NCBI GenBank assembly: GCA_038087875.1
Contig: CM075991.1
Coordinates: 1,674,001-1,738,000, forward strand
Source of the DNA: Malacoraja senta
Lineage: Eukaryota
Direction: 5' to 3'
DNA: 64,000 nt
Numbering within the stretch: the stretch's first letter is position 1; each line of letters opens with the position of its first letter. The translations under genes were made by a program, and so were the position numbers. The notes under the pieces are model-generated. The model had not been told where the DNA came from. It did not search any database and was given only the letters and a program-made list of their open reading frames with translations. Positions 12,750-24,170 of the stretch are shown in pieces.

Positions 12750-13016
12750 CTGCGAAAAGAGAAGGAAACGGAAACTGGGCATTACTGAACACGTTCTCCG
12801 GGACTTAAAACTGGGTCGACTTTCAGCTAAAGATCAGGAATGTTGATGTCGGTGCGTGGCTGCAAGTTTAACATTGTCACACCCGGCTCCGACTGTGCCC
12901 GACCTGCCTATTTCAAGGGAGAACAGATAAGGCGATTGGTGGGATAAAGGGCGGAGAGGGAACTAACGCGCTGGGATACGCGGAATGGTAATTTCTGTAG
13001 TGCAGTCAGCTCACAG

Positions 13017-13377
13017 CAGGGCCGGATTTACGGATAAGCTTAAGGTTATGGCCTCGAGATCTAGGGGGGCCTCAGCAGGGCCGGATTTACCTATAGGCTT
13101 CATAGCCTCCCTTTGATCTGGTATATTGTTGGTTCACATGCTTGATCAATGGTGTTTTATCATTAATGTTTTATTATTATTAATGTTTAGTGTTTTCTGA
13201 GTCATTCGTAACTGTCACTGTATGTCATGTTGTTACTTGTGGGCGGAGCACCAAGGCAAATTCCTTGTATGTGAATACTTGGCCAATAAACTTACTTACT
13301 TAGGCTTCATAGGCTGATTGGGAGGGGCCTCACAAGTGGAATAGCCTAGGGCCTCTCTTCGTCTAAATCCGGCCCTG
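13017..13377. mobile_element. Non-autonomous hAT-like MITE with a nested LINE tail
   Basis: TIRs CAGGGCCGGATTTA...TAAATCCGGCCCTG; 8-bp TSD GCTCACAG (13009-13016, 13378-13385). Nested insert 13106-13300 ends AATAAACTTACTTACT with 12-bp TSD TAGGCTTCATAG. Confidence 0.9.
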
Positions 13378-13542
13378 GCTCACAGTCTCTGATGGGGCTG
13401 GTTTCACAGACTTAACAGTGACCGGTTGTGTTTAACCAGGTCTCTGGGAACTCGGCATTTGATGGGGACGAGGAGGGTTCCAGGGCGAAAGCAGGGACAA
13501 CTCAGAATCCAGCAGCAGTGGCTCCGTTATGTCCCACGTTAC

Positions 13543-15441
13543 CAGAGGACTGGGAGAAATTCAGAGACCAGCAGAGGAGGACAAATGGCTTAATTAGGAA
13601 AGGGAAAATAGATTATGAAAGGAATCTGGCAGGGAACATAAAAACTGCTGCAAAAGTTTTTATAGATATGTGAAGAGAAAGAGATTAGTTAAAACAATTG
13701 TAGGTCCCTTGCAGTCAGAAACAGGTGAATTGATCATGGGGAACAAGGATATGGCGGACCAACTGAATAACTACTTTGGTTCCGTCTTCACTAAGGAAGA
13801 CATAAATAATCTGCCGGAAATAGCAGGGGGCCGCGGGTCAAAGGAGATGGAGGAACTGAGTGAAATCCAGGTTAGTCGGGAAGTGGTGTTGGGTAAATTG
13901 AATGGATTAAAGGCCGATAAATCCCCAGGGCCAGATAGGCTGCATCCCAGAGTACTTAAGGAAGTAGCTCCAGAAATAGTGGATGCATTAGTGATAATAT
14001 TTCAAAACTCTTTAGATTCTGGAGTAGTTCCTGAGGATTGGAGGGTAGCAAACGTAACCCCACTTTTTAAGAAGGGAGGGAGAGAGAAAACGGGGAATTA
14101 CAGACCTGTTAGTCTAACATCGGTAGTGGGGAAACTGCTAGAGTCAGTTATTAAAGATGGGATAGCAGCACATTTGGAAAGTGGTGAAATCATTGGACAA
14201 AGTCAGCGTGGATTTACGAAAGGTAAATCGTGTCTGACGAATCTTATAGAATTTTTCGAGGATGTAACTAGTAGAGTGGATAGGGGAGAACCAGTGGATG
14301 TGTTGTATCTGGACTTTCAGAAGGCTTTCGACAAGGTACCACATAAGAGATTAGGATATAAATCACACGGTATTGGGGGTTCAGTACTGATGTGGATAGA
14401 GAACTGGCTGGCAAACAGGAAGCAAAGAGTAGGAGTAAACGGGTCCTTTTCACAATGGCAGGCAGTGACTAGTGGGGTACCGCAAGGCTCAGTGCTGGGA
14501 CCCCAGCTATTTACAATTTATATGGGGGGCAGTGTTAGCTGTGAGGAGGATGCTAGGAGACTGCAAGGTGACTTGGATAGGCTGGGTGAGTGGGCAAATG
14601 TTTGGCAGATGCAGTATAATGTGGATAAATGTGAGGTTATCCACTTTGGTGGCAAAAACGGGAAGGCAGACTATTATCTAAATGGTGGCCGATTAGGAAA
14701 TGGGGAGATGCAGCGAGACCTGGGTGTCATGGTACACCAGTCATTGAAAGTAGGCATGCAGGTGCAGCAGGCAGTGAAGAAAGCGAATGGTATGTTGGCC
14801 TTCATAGCAAGAGGATTTGAGTATAGGAGCAGGGAGGTTCTACTGCAGTTGTACAGGGTCTTGGTGAGACCACACCTGGAGTATTGCGTACAGTTTTGGT
14901 CTCCAAATCTGAGGAAGGACATTATAGCCATAGAGGGAGTGCAGAGAAGGTTCACCAGACTGATTCCTGGGATGTCAGGACTTTCATATGAAGAAAGACT
15001 GGATAGACTTGGCTTATACTCGCTAGAATTTAGGAGATTGAGAGGGGATCTTATAGAAACGTACAAAATTCTTATGGGGTTGGACAGGCTAGATGCAGGA
15101 AGATTGTTCCCGGTGTTGGGGAAGTCCAGGACAAGGGGTCACAGCTTAAGGATAAGGGGGAAATCCTTTAAGACCGAGATGAGGAAAAACTTTTTCACAC
15201 AGAGAGTGGTGAATCTCTGGAACTCTCTGCCACAGAGGGTAGTTGAGGCCAGTTCATTGGCTATATTTAAGAGGGAGTTAGATGTGGCCCTTGTGGCTAA
15301 GGGGATCAGGGGGTATGGAGATAAGGCAGGTACGGGATACTGAGTTGGATGATCAGCCATGATCATATTGAATGGCGGTGCAGGCTCGAAGGGCCGAATG
15401 GCCTACTCCTGCACCTATTTTCTATGTATCTATGTATCTAT
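13543..15441 (+). mobile_element. 5'-truncated CR1 LINE (ORF2 remnant 13670-15343) in GPCR intron, antisense to the gene
   Basis: 557-aa RT ORF with the catalytic FADD segment deleted in frame; TCTATGTA tail; GTTAC duplicated at 13538-13542 and 15442-15446. Confidence 0.95.
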
Positions 15442-15751
15442 GTTACGAGTTCATTCCAAGAGCTCTCGAGTTAAAAAAAATAATCAAACTCGTGGTAAGC
15501 ACGGAGAATGAATGTAGCGAGTCAGTCGGAGCTCGCGGGCGTCACTTAGCGGCTCGTAACGCTAACGGCAGGTACTCGGGAAGACTCGCCAACGGCAGGT
15601 AAGCACGGGAAGACTCGTGAAGATTTATCAACGTTGAAAAATGTCCACGAGAGCCCCAAGTACCGACGAATGGCCATTACCGTAAATCTCCGTTCGAATC
15701 AGGCAAACTCGGGAGAGCTCTTGGAATGAACTCGTACCGTGGGACAGAGCT
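15442..15751. mobile_element. Harbinger-like MITE whose left tip (~13526-13542) was displaced by the CR1 insertion
   Basis: TACGAGTTCATTCCAAGAGCTCTC inverted at both ends; right terminus GTGGGACAGAGC matches TGTCCCAC left of the CR1. Confidence 0.7.
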
Positions 15752-16186
15752 ATTAATGGATTCATTCCACAGTGAATTCAGTTCTGTAACAACACAAGCC
15801 GGTAGATCCGCGGCCAGTGGTTCAGGTGATGGATCCAATCATTAACCAACACGCAGTGGAATCGACTTCGACAGACTCCACGAAGACAGACTCGGATCAA
15901 TAATTCAGACACTGTGAACTTCACAATGTAAACCCCACCCAGTCACACCGTCCGGAAAGCTGCTTGTCCCGAGCACTGGGACAACTCAGGGCAAGGTCCC
16001 GCTGAAGGCAAGAACCACATTCAAGTGGGTCCGGGTAGTGAGAGAACAGCAGGCCTTGTTTCAGCTGTCTGAACTAAAGAAAAATCGTAGAATGATCATC
16101 ATTTGGGAAGATGGTAACATGATTTGAATGAGGCCTACATCAATTAACAGGCGGGTTATAAAACCGGAATTGTTCTGCTCACTTAC

Positions 16187-16253
16187 CAGGGACTCCAACG
16201 ATAGCAATGATGACGTACAAGAATTTGTCCACACGAAAATATTCCACATGCAT
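16187..16253 (-). CDS. GPR139/GPR142-like GPCR, coding exon 1 (MHVEYFRVDKFLYVIIAIVGVP + G)
   Basis: ATG at 16253; 67 nt; donor CCTG|GTAAGT at 16186. Phase matches exon 2, giving YVIIAIVGVPVNFVAIVILS (complete TM1) and a 324-aa protein. Confidence 0.88.
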
Positions 16254-16369
16254 TTTCTCTGCCCAGCGACCTGTTCACCAGTAATTTCTCGGAAGGAAAT
16301 GCAGGGCAGAATATTCACAGTGATTTTATACCATTCACCATCTCCTCAGGTGCAGTGAAGTTTCAACAG

Positions 16370-16705
16370 AGTTATAAATAGAGATTTTGGAATTATTCCA
16401 AAACAGATTACGTCATCCTAGTAAAATCCCCGCTGTGGCAGGTAATGATTAAAGTTGGGGAATTGATTGAGAAACTCCAAAGACTGGCAATTGTGGCATG
16501 GAAATTGGCAGCGGATTTTTTCCAGCAAAACGAATTTTGTTTCAAACTGCATCAGATCCAACTCTCCGCCTCTTGTTGTTTGTTTGATTTCTTTCAACCC
16601 GCTTCACTCGGGAAGGCAATCCCAAATTTCAGGGACATTCCCATTGCTTCTGGTGCTCAATTTCAAGATGGATTGAGCAACCTTAGTCCACAGGTTGAGC
16701 AATTA
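16370..16705 (-). promoter_or_regulatory. Putative proximal promoter of the GPCR
   Basis: TATTTATA ~120 nt upstream of the ATG; TTACGTCA (CRE/bZIP-like, ~16408); GGGACATTCC (NF-kB consensus, 16632-16641); TTGAGCAAT (C/EBP-like, ~16694). Confidence 0.4.
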
Positions 16706-17199
16706 GTTCAATATGTCGCCTCAGACTAAAATGGTCGCTCCACTCTGCTTCTCTGCTCAAGAGGATCACGGCTCATCTGACGTTAACCTTAATCTCACAC
16801 TCCTGGTCAAAGATCATAGAGCTCCGCTCAATGATCTTTGCTCCTGGTGGCCGCCGTAACCATTCACCCCCTGCTTGATCGGAATGTATCTGACTTTGCC
16901 GTTGGACAATTACATTCTCTGACTGCTTCTTTGAGGAGGAACGAGCCAATGACTCAGGCCACTCACAGCATAGAAATATTGCCACCTGAGACTTGTCCTA
17001 AACGTAGTTCAAACAGAAAATGATACAGCGCAGTTTCTCTCCCCATCCTTGTTGCTCGCTTTCACTCTGAATTATCACTCTCTCCCCTCCGCCCTATCTC
17101 ACTCTCTGCGTCCCTCTCTCCGTCAATCCATGTATCTTCCCTTACCCCCCCCCCCTCCTCTCGCTCTCATTGTATTTTCCCCTCGCTTTCCCTGTATCT

Positions 17200-18005
17200 C
17201 GGTGGCGCCATCGAGTGTGGCAGCCTCGCCAGCAGCTGTCTGTCTTTCACCTTTTTTATTTTTAGTATGCCACAAAGTATGTTTTAAAGGTTTCTTAGTC
17301 TTTGTTATGTGGGCGTGGGGGAATAGGGAGAAACCGTTTCCCAGTCACTCACCTGGAAGGAGATGCGTCTTTTCTCCGAGTCGCATCTTCGTCTCGTCCC
17401 CCCCCCCCCCCCCACCTCGCGGCCTACCAACTGGATTGGCGCGGCCTTTCCTGTCCGAGATTGGCCAGAGCTTCAGCAGCGGCGCAGCGCTGAATTCCAT
17501 CGCAGAGCGGGACGATGCCTTACCGGGGATCGCCGTGTTGGAGCTCCGGAGTGTTGGGCCTGCTGACTTGAACACCGTGGAGCTGTGATTTGCGGAACTT
17601 CCAGCAGCGGGCAGCGCTGACTTTAACATCGCGGAGGCCTGGGATCTTTTGCCGAGGGTCGCCGCTCTCTGGTAGGAAGCTTCCGATTAGGAATCTCGAA
17701 GCCGCTGAGTGTGTTCTTCCGTTCCGACGCCGGACCTCCATCATCCCGGCGAGAAGGCCTGAACATCGGGCCGTCCGTAGCAGCGACTGCGGAGGGCTCA
17801 AAGGCCCCGACCACCGGCGGACAAAGAGGAACATGACTGAACCTTATTGCCTTCCCCCACAGTGGGAAAGGTTGGTTAAACTGTGGGGGATGTTCATGTT
17901 AATTTCTATCGTGCGTTGTGTTATATTTATTCGTATGGCTGTAAGGCAACTCAAATCTCACTGTCCCAATTGGTGCATGTGACAATAAATGTAACTTGAC
18001 TTGAT
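17200..18005 (+). mobile_element. Non-autonomous GC-rich retroposon
   Basis: Ends GTGACAATAAATGTAACTTGACTTGA; similar to 2370-3205. Confidence 0.6.
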
Positions 18006-18110
18006 CTCTCTGACTCGTCGATTTCAGTCTCTGCACCTCTGCTCAGGCCGAAATGATTGTCTCAAACCTGACACGAGGAATTGCAGACGCTGTCTTTACT
18101 TAAACGTTAG

Positions 18111-18692
18111 TGCTACGACTCCCGAATGCAGGTACTTCAGAGCCGCGTAACATAATTCAAAAACCAGGTTCAAGTTCAAAAATAGTTTTAATTATTCAAT
18201 GGAACACAAAACCCAAACCTGATTCAAACAACCCAGTCAGGGATATGGATGGACTAACAAACAATTTAACAGTGCTCCAGCCAGCCACGTGATGGACCGT
18301 CGAACCGGAGACTCTAAAACCTGCCTAAAGAGATATAACCCTGAAACAAAATACACGAAAACACTAAGGTCAGCCCTTATCCGTCCCAATTCAATATTTG
18401 TTAATAAGTAATGGTGGAAGTACACAAAGTTCTATGCCAGGTGGCCAGGCCTTCCGCAGCTCACTCCAGCAGTCAGCTCACAAGTCAGGGTCGACGAGGA
18501 AGAGAGAGAATCCTGGGAGCTCTGGTATTTAAGCTTCAGATGAGTCACCCGTCACCTGACGTAGCTTGGCCAATCGGGTACAGGAGCCTTTTAACCCCTT
18601 GATTCCAGACTCACAAACACAAGGCCTGCACTCGGGAGAGAAACAGAGAAAGGTAAGTACATAGCATTCACCAGGGGGGGAAGCGCCTAACA
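18111..18692 (-). repeat. 3' LTR of the Gmr1-like element
   Basis: Direct repeat of 24339-24903, differing by about a dozen substitutions and 10-bp and 7-bp indels (counted by eye). Confidence 0.96.
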
Positions 18693-18774
18693 CCCCCACC
18701 CAAAGATACTGAATAATTTTCGGAAGAGAGAAAAAACACCACCAAATCTCAGAAACTATTCAGGAGCTAAAACT

Positions 18775-20260
18775 CTACTGGCGCGACAAGGCGTCAGCCA
18801 AGACATTATCCTTGCCACGGATATGCCTGACCTCCAGGTTGTAGTCTTGCAGCTGCAAACTCCAGCTCATTAACTGCCAGTTCTTATTCTTCATACTTTT
18901 CAAAAATACCAACGGATTATGATCCATGAGTACGATGACAGGGACATTCGAGGAGCCAACATAAACCTCGAAATGATTCAGAGACATTAAAATAGCAAGG
19001 GCTTCTTTCTCAATGGTGCAGTACCACTTCTGATGATGATTAAACTTCTTAGAGAAGTACGAAACTGGATGCTCCACCCCATCTGAATCATCCTGTAGAA
19101 GAACCCCCCCAACCCCACGATCACTAGCATCCATTGCCAGCTTAAATGGACGCTCAAAATCAGGTGCCGCAAGCACAGGTGCGCGCACCAGAAGACTTTT
19201 AGTATGATCAAAAGCTTGTTGACACTCTGCGGACCACACAAAAGCTACCTTCGGACTCAGCAAATCCGTCAAAGGGGCAGCCACCGCAGAGAAGTTTGGA
19301 CAGAATCCTCTATAGTACCCAACCATAGCCAGATACCTACGGAGTTCAGTCCTCGAGGTTGGAGCAGGAAATGCGACAATATGCCCCACCTTTTTCTTGA
19401 GAGTGCGAACCTGACCCCGGCCCATCACCTTACCCAGATATGTTACCGTGACCTGGCCAAACTCACACTTCCCCAGATTGATCGTTAGTTTTGCCTCCGC
19501 TAGACGATGAAATACCTCCTTCAGATGACCGATGTGTTCGATCCAAGACCTGGAGCACACAACCAAATCATCAAGGTATGCCTCACAGAAGGACAAACCA
19601 GACAATACAATGTTCACCAACCGTTGGAAGGTTGCCGGCGCATTGCGCATCCCAAATGCCATTACTGTGTACTGACGAAAGTTATCAGGCGTAACGAACG
19701 CAGAGATCTCCCTCGCCCGCCTAGTCAAAGGAACTTGCCAATACCCTTTTAACAAGTCCAACTTAGACACAAAAGATGCACTTCCCACACGATCCACGCA
19801 ATCCTCCATTCGTGGGAGAGGATAGCAATCCGGCTTAGTTACACCATTCACTTTCCGAAAGTCCATGCAAAACCTGTCCTCCCCATTAGCCTTCGTAGCC
19901 AGTAGACACGGAGAACTCCATGGACTACAACTAGGTTCAGCAATGCCATGCCGCAGCATATAGTCAACCTGACTCCCTAGACGAAGACGCCTGTCAGGGT
20001 TGACCCGATACGGATGCTGTTTAATTGGCGCAGCACCGGCCACGTCAATGTCATGCTGCAGCACAGACGTCTGAGAAGGCACATCCGAGAACAGTGACCC
20101 ATTTGACTCCACCAAAGCAAGCAGATCACCCCGCTGACTTTCAGTCAAATGAGACAACCGCAAGGGAAGCGACTCCAAAGCCTCAGAGTTACACAGCCTT
20201 CCCTGCGTCATTGCCACAGACAACCGTGCCTCACCCACATCACCACCCATGTCAGGGGGG
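18775..20260 (-). CDS. Gypsy reverse transcriptase + RNase H (frameshifted from upstream IN)
   Basis: SPWSSPCLL, RFCMDFRKVN, LDLLKGYWQVP, YLDD, DASDRGVGGVL, EKEALAI and NVLADALSR motifs. Confidence 0.93.
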
Positions 20261-21215
20261 CAGCACCACTGCAGCCAAAACAGGCTTAGACGAAACCGAA
20301 GGACACAGCACCTCCCCATCAACCTCCACAGGCTCCTGCTCATGGTACTGCTTCATCATGTTGACATGACAGAGCTGAGTCTTACGCCTTCGATCAGGGG
20401 TACCAATAACATAATCCCTTTCACCAACCTTCTTAACCACCTGATAGGGACCGCTATACCGAGCCTGCAGACTGGAACCAGGAATAGGCAACAATACCAG
20501 GACCTTGTCACCTGGAGAAAAATTCCTACTAGAAGCCTTCCTGTCGAACCACCCCTTCATCCTAGACTGAGCAGAAGCAAGATTACCCATTGCCAGTTCG
20601 CATGCCCTCTTCAGTCTAGACCGAAAGGTACAGACGTGGTCTAAAATACTACGTTTTGTATCCTCCTGCAACCATTTCTCCTTTAGGACCCTCAACGGAC
20701 CACGTACAGTATGCGCGAACACCAGGTCAGCAGGACTGAACCCTAAAGACTCCTGCACGACCTCACGCACCGCAAACATAACTAGATGAACCCCCTCATC
20801 CCAGTCTTTTTCAAACTCCACGCAGTAAGTCCTCAACATAGATTTCAAAGTCTGGTGAAACCTCTCGAGAGCTCCCTGGCTCTCAGGGTGATACGCACTG
20901 GAGAAACAATGCTTAATATCTAACAACTTCATTACCTGACCAAAAACCTTCGACATGAAGTTGGAACATTGGTCACTCTGCCCAACCTTCGGCAAACCGA
21001 ACAACGAAAAAAACTTAGTGAGAGACTTCACAATGGTTGGGGCAGTAATTCTACGCAAAGGGACCACCACCGGAAAGCGGGTAGACGCACACATAATTGT
21101 CAATAAAAACTTGTTGCCCACCTTTGTCCGAGGTAGAGGACCCATACAATCAACTAGAATCCGCTCAAACGGCTCACCGACCACAGGGATTGGATATAAA
21201 GGCGCAGGAACAATC
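20252..21215 (-). CDS. Gypsy integrase core and GPY module
   Basis: D-D-E motifs ILVDCMGP / SDQCSNF / LERFHQ and YSGPYQV. Confidence 0.93.
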
Positions 21216-21919
21216 CTGCGCCCTTGTCAATTCTTCCCTTCCCTCCTGTACCACCCCCTCCCCGGGTACTTTCCCTTGCAACCGCAAGAGATGCAACACT
21301 TGTCCCTACACCTCCCCCCTCGACTCCATTCAAGGACCTAAGCAGTCGTTCCAGGTGCGACAGAGGTTCACCTGCATCTCCTCCAACCTCATCTATTGCA
21401 TCCGCTGCTCTAGATGCCAGCTGATCTACATCGGTGAGACCAAGCGGAGGCTTGGCGATCGTTTCGCCGAACACCTCCGGTCGGTCTGCAATAACCAACC
21501 TGACCTCACAGTGGCTCAGCACTTCAACTCCCCCTCCCATTCCGTATCTGACCTCTCTGTCCTGGGTCTCCTCCATGGCCACAGCGAGCAACACCGGAAA
21601 TTGGAGGAAATGCACCTCATTTTCCGCTTGGGCAGTCTACATCCTGGGGGCTTGAACATTGAATTCTCCCAATTCTGCTAGCCCTTGCTGTCCCGTCCCC
21701 TTCATCAGCCCTCTGGTTGTCTCCTCCCCTCCCCCAGCCCTCGGGCTCCTCCTCCGCCTTTTTCCCTTACTTCTCCCCACCCCCTATTAGTCTGAAGAAG
21801 GGTTTCGGCCCGAAACGTTGCCTATTTCCTTCGCTCCATAGATGCTGCTGCACCCGCTGAGTTTCTGCAGCATTTTTGTGTACCTTTGATTTTCCAGCAT
21901 CTGCAGTTCCTTCTTTAAT
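21216..21919 (+). mobile_element. 5'-truncated Penelope-like element inserted in the Gmr1 integrase
   Basis: GIY-YIG ORF (CNRKRCNTC...LIYCIRC...IYIGETKR) and pseudo-LTR tail; 12-bp TSD GCAGGAACAATC at 21204-21215 and 21920-21931. Confidence 0.95.
21787..21825 (+). ncRNA. Minimal hammerhead ribozyme-like motif in the Penelope pseudo-LTR
   Basis: CUGAAGA-A-GGGU(UUCG)GCCC-GAAA-CG-UU: conserved core, stem II hairpin and palindromic AACGUU stem III; stem I is weak. Confidence 0.6.
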
Positions 21920-21931
21920 GCAGGAACAATC

Positions 21932-22632
21932 GATTGGTTCGGCTTTCCTGCCACCTGGCAAATGTGACAACACCTGCACTGCTGTTTCACGTCCTTTTTC
22001 AACCCTGGCCAAAAGAAATTCCGTAAGGTAAGGTCATACGTCTTATTGACCCCCAAATGTCCACCCAGAGGACCATCATGAGCCAAACAGAGTATCTCGT
22101 CCCTATACCGACGAGGTATCACAATCTGATCAACAACGCTCCAATCATCATGCCCAGATATATCCAAGGGAGACCACTTTTGCATCAGTAAGCCCTCCCT
22201 TAGAAAATACCCCTTTGCTGTGGAATCCATATCCCCCTCAGGCACCGCGCAGTCGAACTGATCAGATAAACCTGGATCACTCTTTTGCTCCTCAACCAGC
22301 CGGTCACGTGACAGCGACACCGGCCCATTTCCAGACACTATCCCATCTTGAGATGTAGAAACACCCTTCACAACACAGGATCCATCATCCTGGTCCCCAA
22401 AAATGCTCTCACTCAGGTCCACTACATCCTCAAACTTCGCCTGGCTCTTAGCCATAGCCCTCGTGACAGCACAAGCTGCGAAGACCCTCGGATGCTGCAT
22501 AGCCAATCTATCAGGACTCTGCACCGTCGGAACAGCCGACACCTCAGGAGTAACTAAAACTCTACCTCCTGCCAAGTCATTCCCCAAAATTACAGAAACT
22601 CCCCGCCACGGGAAAACACGACCGTAAACCAA
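21932..22632 (-). CDS. Pol linker and integrase HHCC zinc finger (Gmr1-like)
   Basis: ILGNDLAGG, then AHDGPLGGHLGVNKT...CHICQ; rejoins the IN core in frame once the Penelope insert is removed. Confidence 0.9.
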
Positions 22633-24170
22633 GTTACCCGGGCTGAAACCAACTCGGACTCGAGACTCACGGTATGCAAAGGCACTACCATGCCATCCAT
22701 CCCGAATCCTACCACAGGGACACTTGACCCAACCGATGATTCCCCAGAAAACGGCAGTACACTCTCCAATATAAAGGACTGAGTAGCACCAGTATCACGC
22801 AAGATGGATACTGGAACTCTATCACCCCCATCCTCCAGAGAACCAAAACCATTCATGATGAACGCAGAATAATTCCTACACTCATCAGACTCAGGCACCT
22901 CAGGTACCACAGGTGCCATCTGTGTACCCACCAAAGCCACAGGCTTTGCATTTTTCTGCTTCAGAATGGGACACGCCTTTAACATGTGCCCTCTCCCTCT
23001 ACAATAGTAGCACACAGGACCTTCGTTACTCCTTAAATTTCCGTCAACCTTATTAGCTCGGACCTCCCCCTGTATCAACGTGCTGCCACTTGCAGGCACA
23101 GAACCACCTTTGACACTGCCACCGGCGACACCACCACGATCAACCGGCCGTGCACCAAAACTATAGGATCGCCCAACAAAATCAGTTTTATGAGTCAATA
23201 CATACTCATCTGCCAACACCGCGGCCTTAGACACCTCATTCACCTTCTGCTCATTAAGGTAAGTAGTATCCCTCTCAGGGAGACAGTTCTTAAAGTCCTC
23301 CATAATTATCAAGGCCCGCAGTTGCCCATCATCCTTCACTCCTTGAGAAGCGCACCACCTGTCAAAAAGTGCCTCCTTCTCCCTAGCAAACTCCACATAA
23401 ATCTGACTATCAAACTTCCTAAAGCGCCGGAATTTCTGCCGGTACGCCTCTGGAACTAATTCATAAGCCCTTAATACTGTAGACTTCACACACTCATAGT
23501 CCAGACTGCTTTCAATAGACAAAGACGAGTACACCTCCTGTGCTTTACCCACTAGGACACACTGCAATAGCAAGGTCCACACGTCCCTAGGCCACCTCAA
23601 GGACAAAGCCACCCGTTCAAACACTGTGAAAAAATTGTCTACATCCTTCTCACTAAAGGGGGGAACCAGGCGGATGTTCTTGCTCATATCAAACTCCCGT
23701 TCCCTAGAAGAAACCCGGGAGGCATCCAATTCCTTCTCCCGCAGCCTAATCACTGCCCTCTTGGTTTCCTCCTCAGCCCTCTTGGTTTCCTCCTCAGTCC
23801 TCTTGGTTTCCTCCTCAGCCCCACGCAGCTGAATCTCTGCTCTTTTGGTCTCCTCCTCTGCTCTTTTGGTCTCCTCCTCTGCTCTTTTGGTCTCCTCCTC
23901 TCTCATTGCCAGCTCTAACTCCTTCAACCTAATGACTGCCTCCATGTCCTGACCAGGCTGAACAGAAGGTGTGGGACTGTTTGCACAGCCAGGCAAAACC
24001 CCACCCTCCACCAACGCAGCCCACAACACCGATTTAATGGACTGTTTCTTTGACTGTGGGTTAATAGGCACTTCATAGTTCTCAGCCAGAAAAATCAAAT
24101 GCTCCTTCGTACATTTATCAAACAACTCCCGACTAGGAGCCTCAATAAAGTCCTTCCCTTTAAACTCCAT
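22590..24170 (-). CDS. Gag (coiled coil, SCAN-like capsid, CCHC knuckle) + aspartic protease
   Basis: EEETKRA repeats, YELVPEAYRQKFR, CYYCRGRGHMLKAC and LRDTGATQS motifs. Confidence 0.92.
   Translation of the reverse strand: MEFKGKDFIEAPSRELFDKCTKEHLIFLAENYEVPINPQSKKQSIKSVLWAALVEGGVLPGCANSPTPSVQPGQDMEAVIRLKELELAMREEETKRAEEETKRAEEETKRAEIQLRGAEEETKRTEEETKRAEEETKRAVIRLREKELDASRVSSREREFDMSKNIRLVPPFSEKDVDNFFTVFERVALSLRWPRDVWTLLLQCVLVGKAQEVYSSLSIESSLDYECVKSTVLRAYELVPEAYRQKFRRFRKFDSQIYVEFAREKEALFDRWCASQGVKDDGQLRALIIMEDFKNCLPERDTTYLNEQKVNEVSKAAVLADEYVLTHKTDFVGRSYSFGARPVDRGGVAGGSVKGGSVPASGSTLIQGEVRANKVDGNLRSNEGPVCYYCRGRGHMLKACPILKQKNAKPVALVGTQMAPVVPEVPESDECRNYSAFIMNGFGSLEDGGDRVPVSILRDTGATQSFILESVLPFSGESSVGSSVPVVGFGMDGMVVPLHTVSLESELVSARVTWFTVVFSRGGEFL

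Noticed and set aside
12750..12792. ORF-track N-terminus MFSNAQFPFPSLFA of the GPCR
   Set aside because: Non-ATG start; this is the intron's polypyrimidine tract and acceptor. The true exon 1 is at 16187-16253.
23750..23905. CRISPR-like periodicity
   Set aside because: Spacerless coding tandem repeat in gag; the DNA is eukaryotic.
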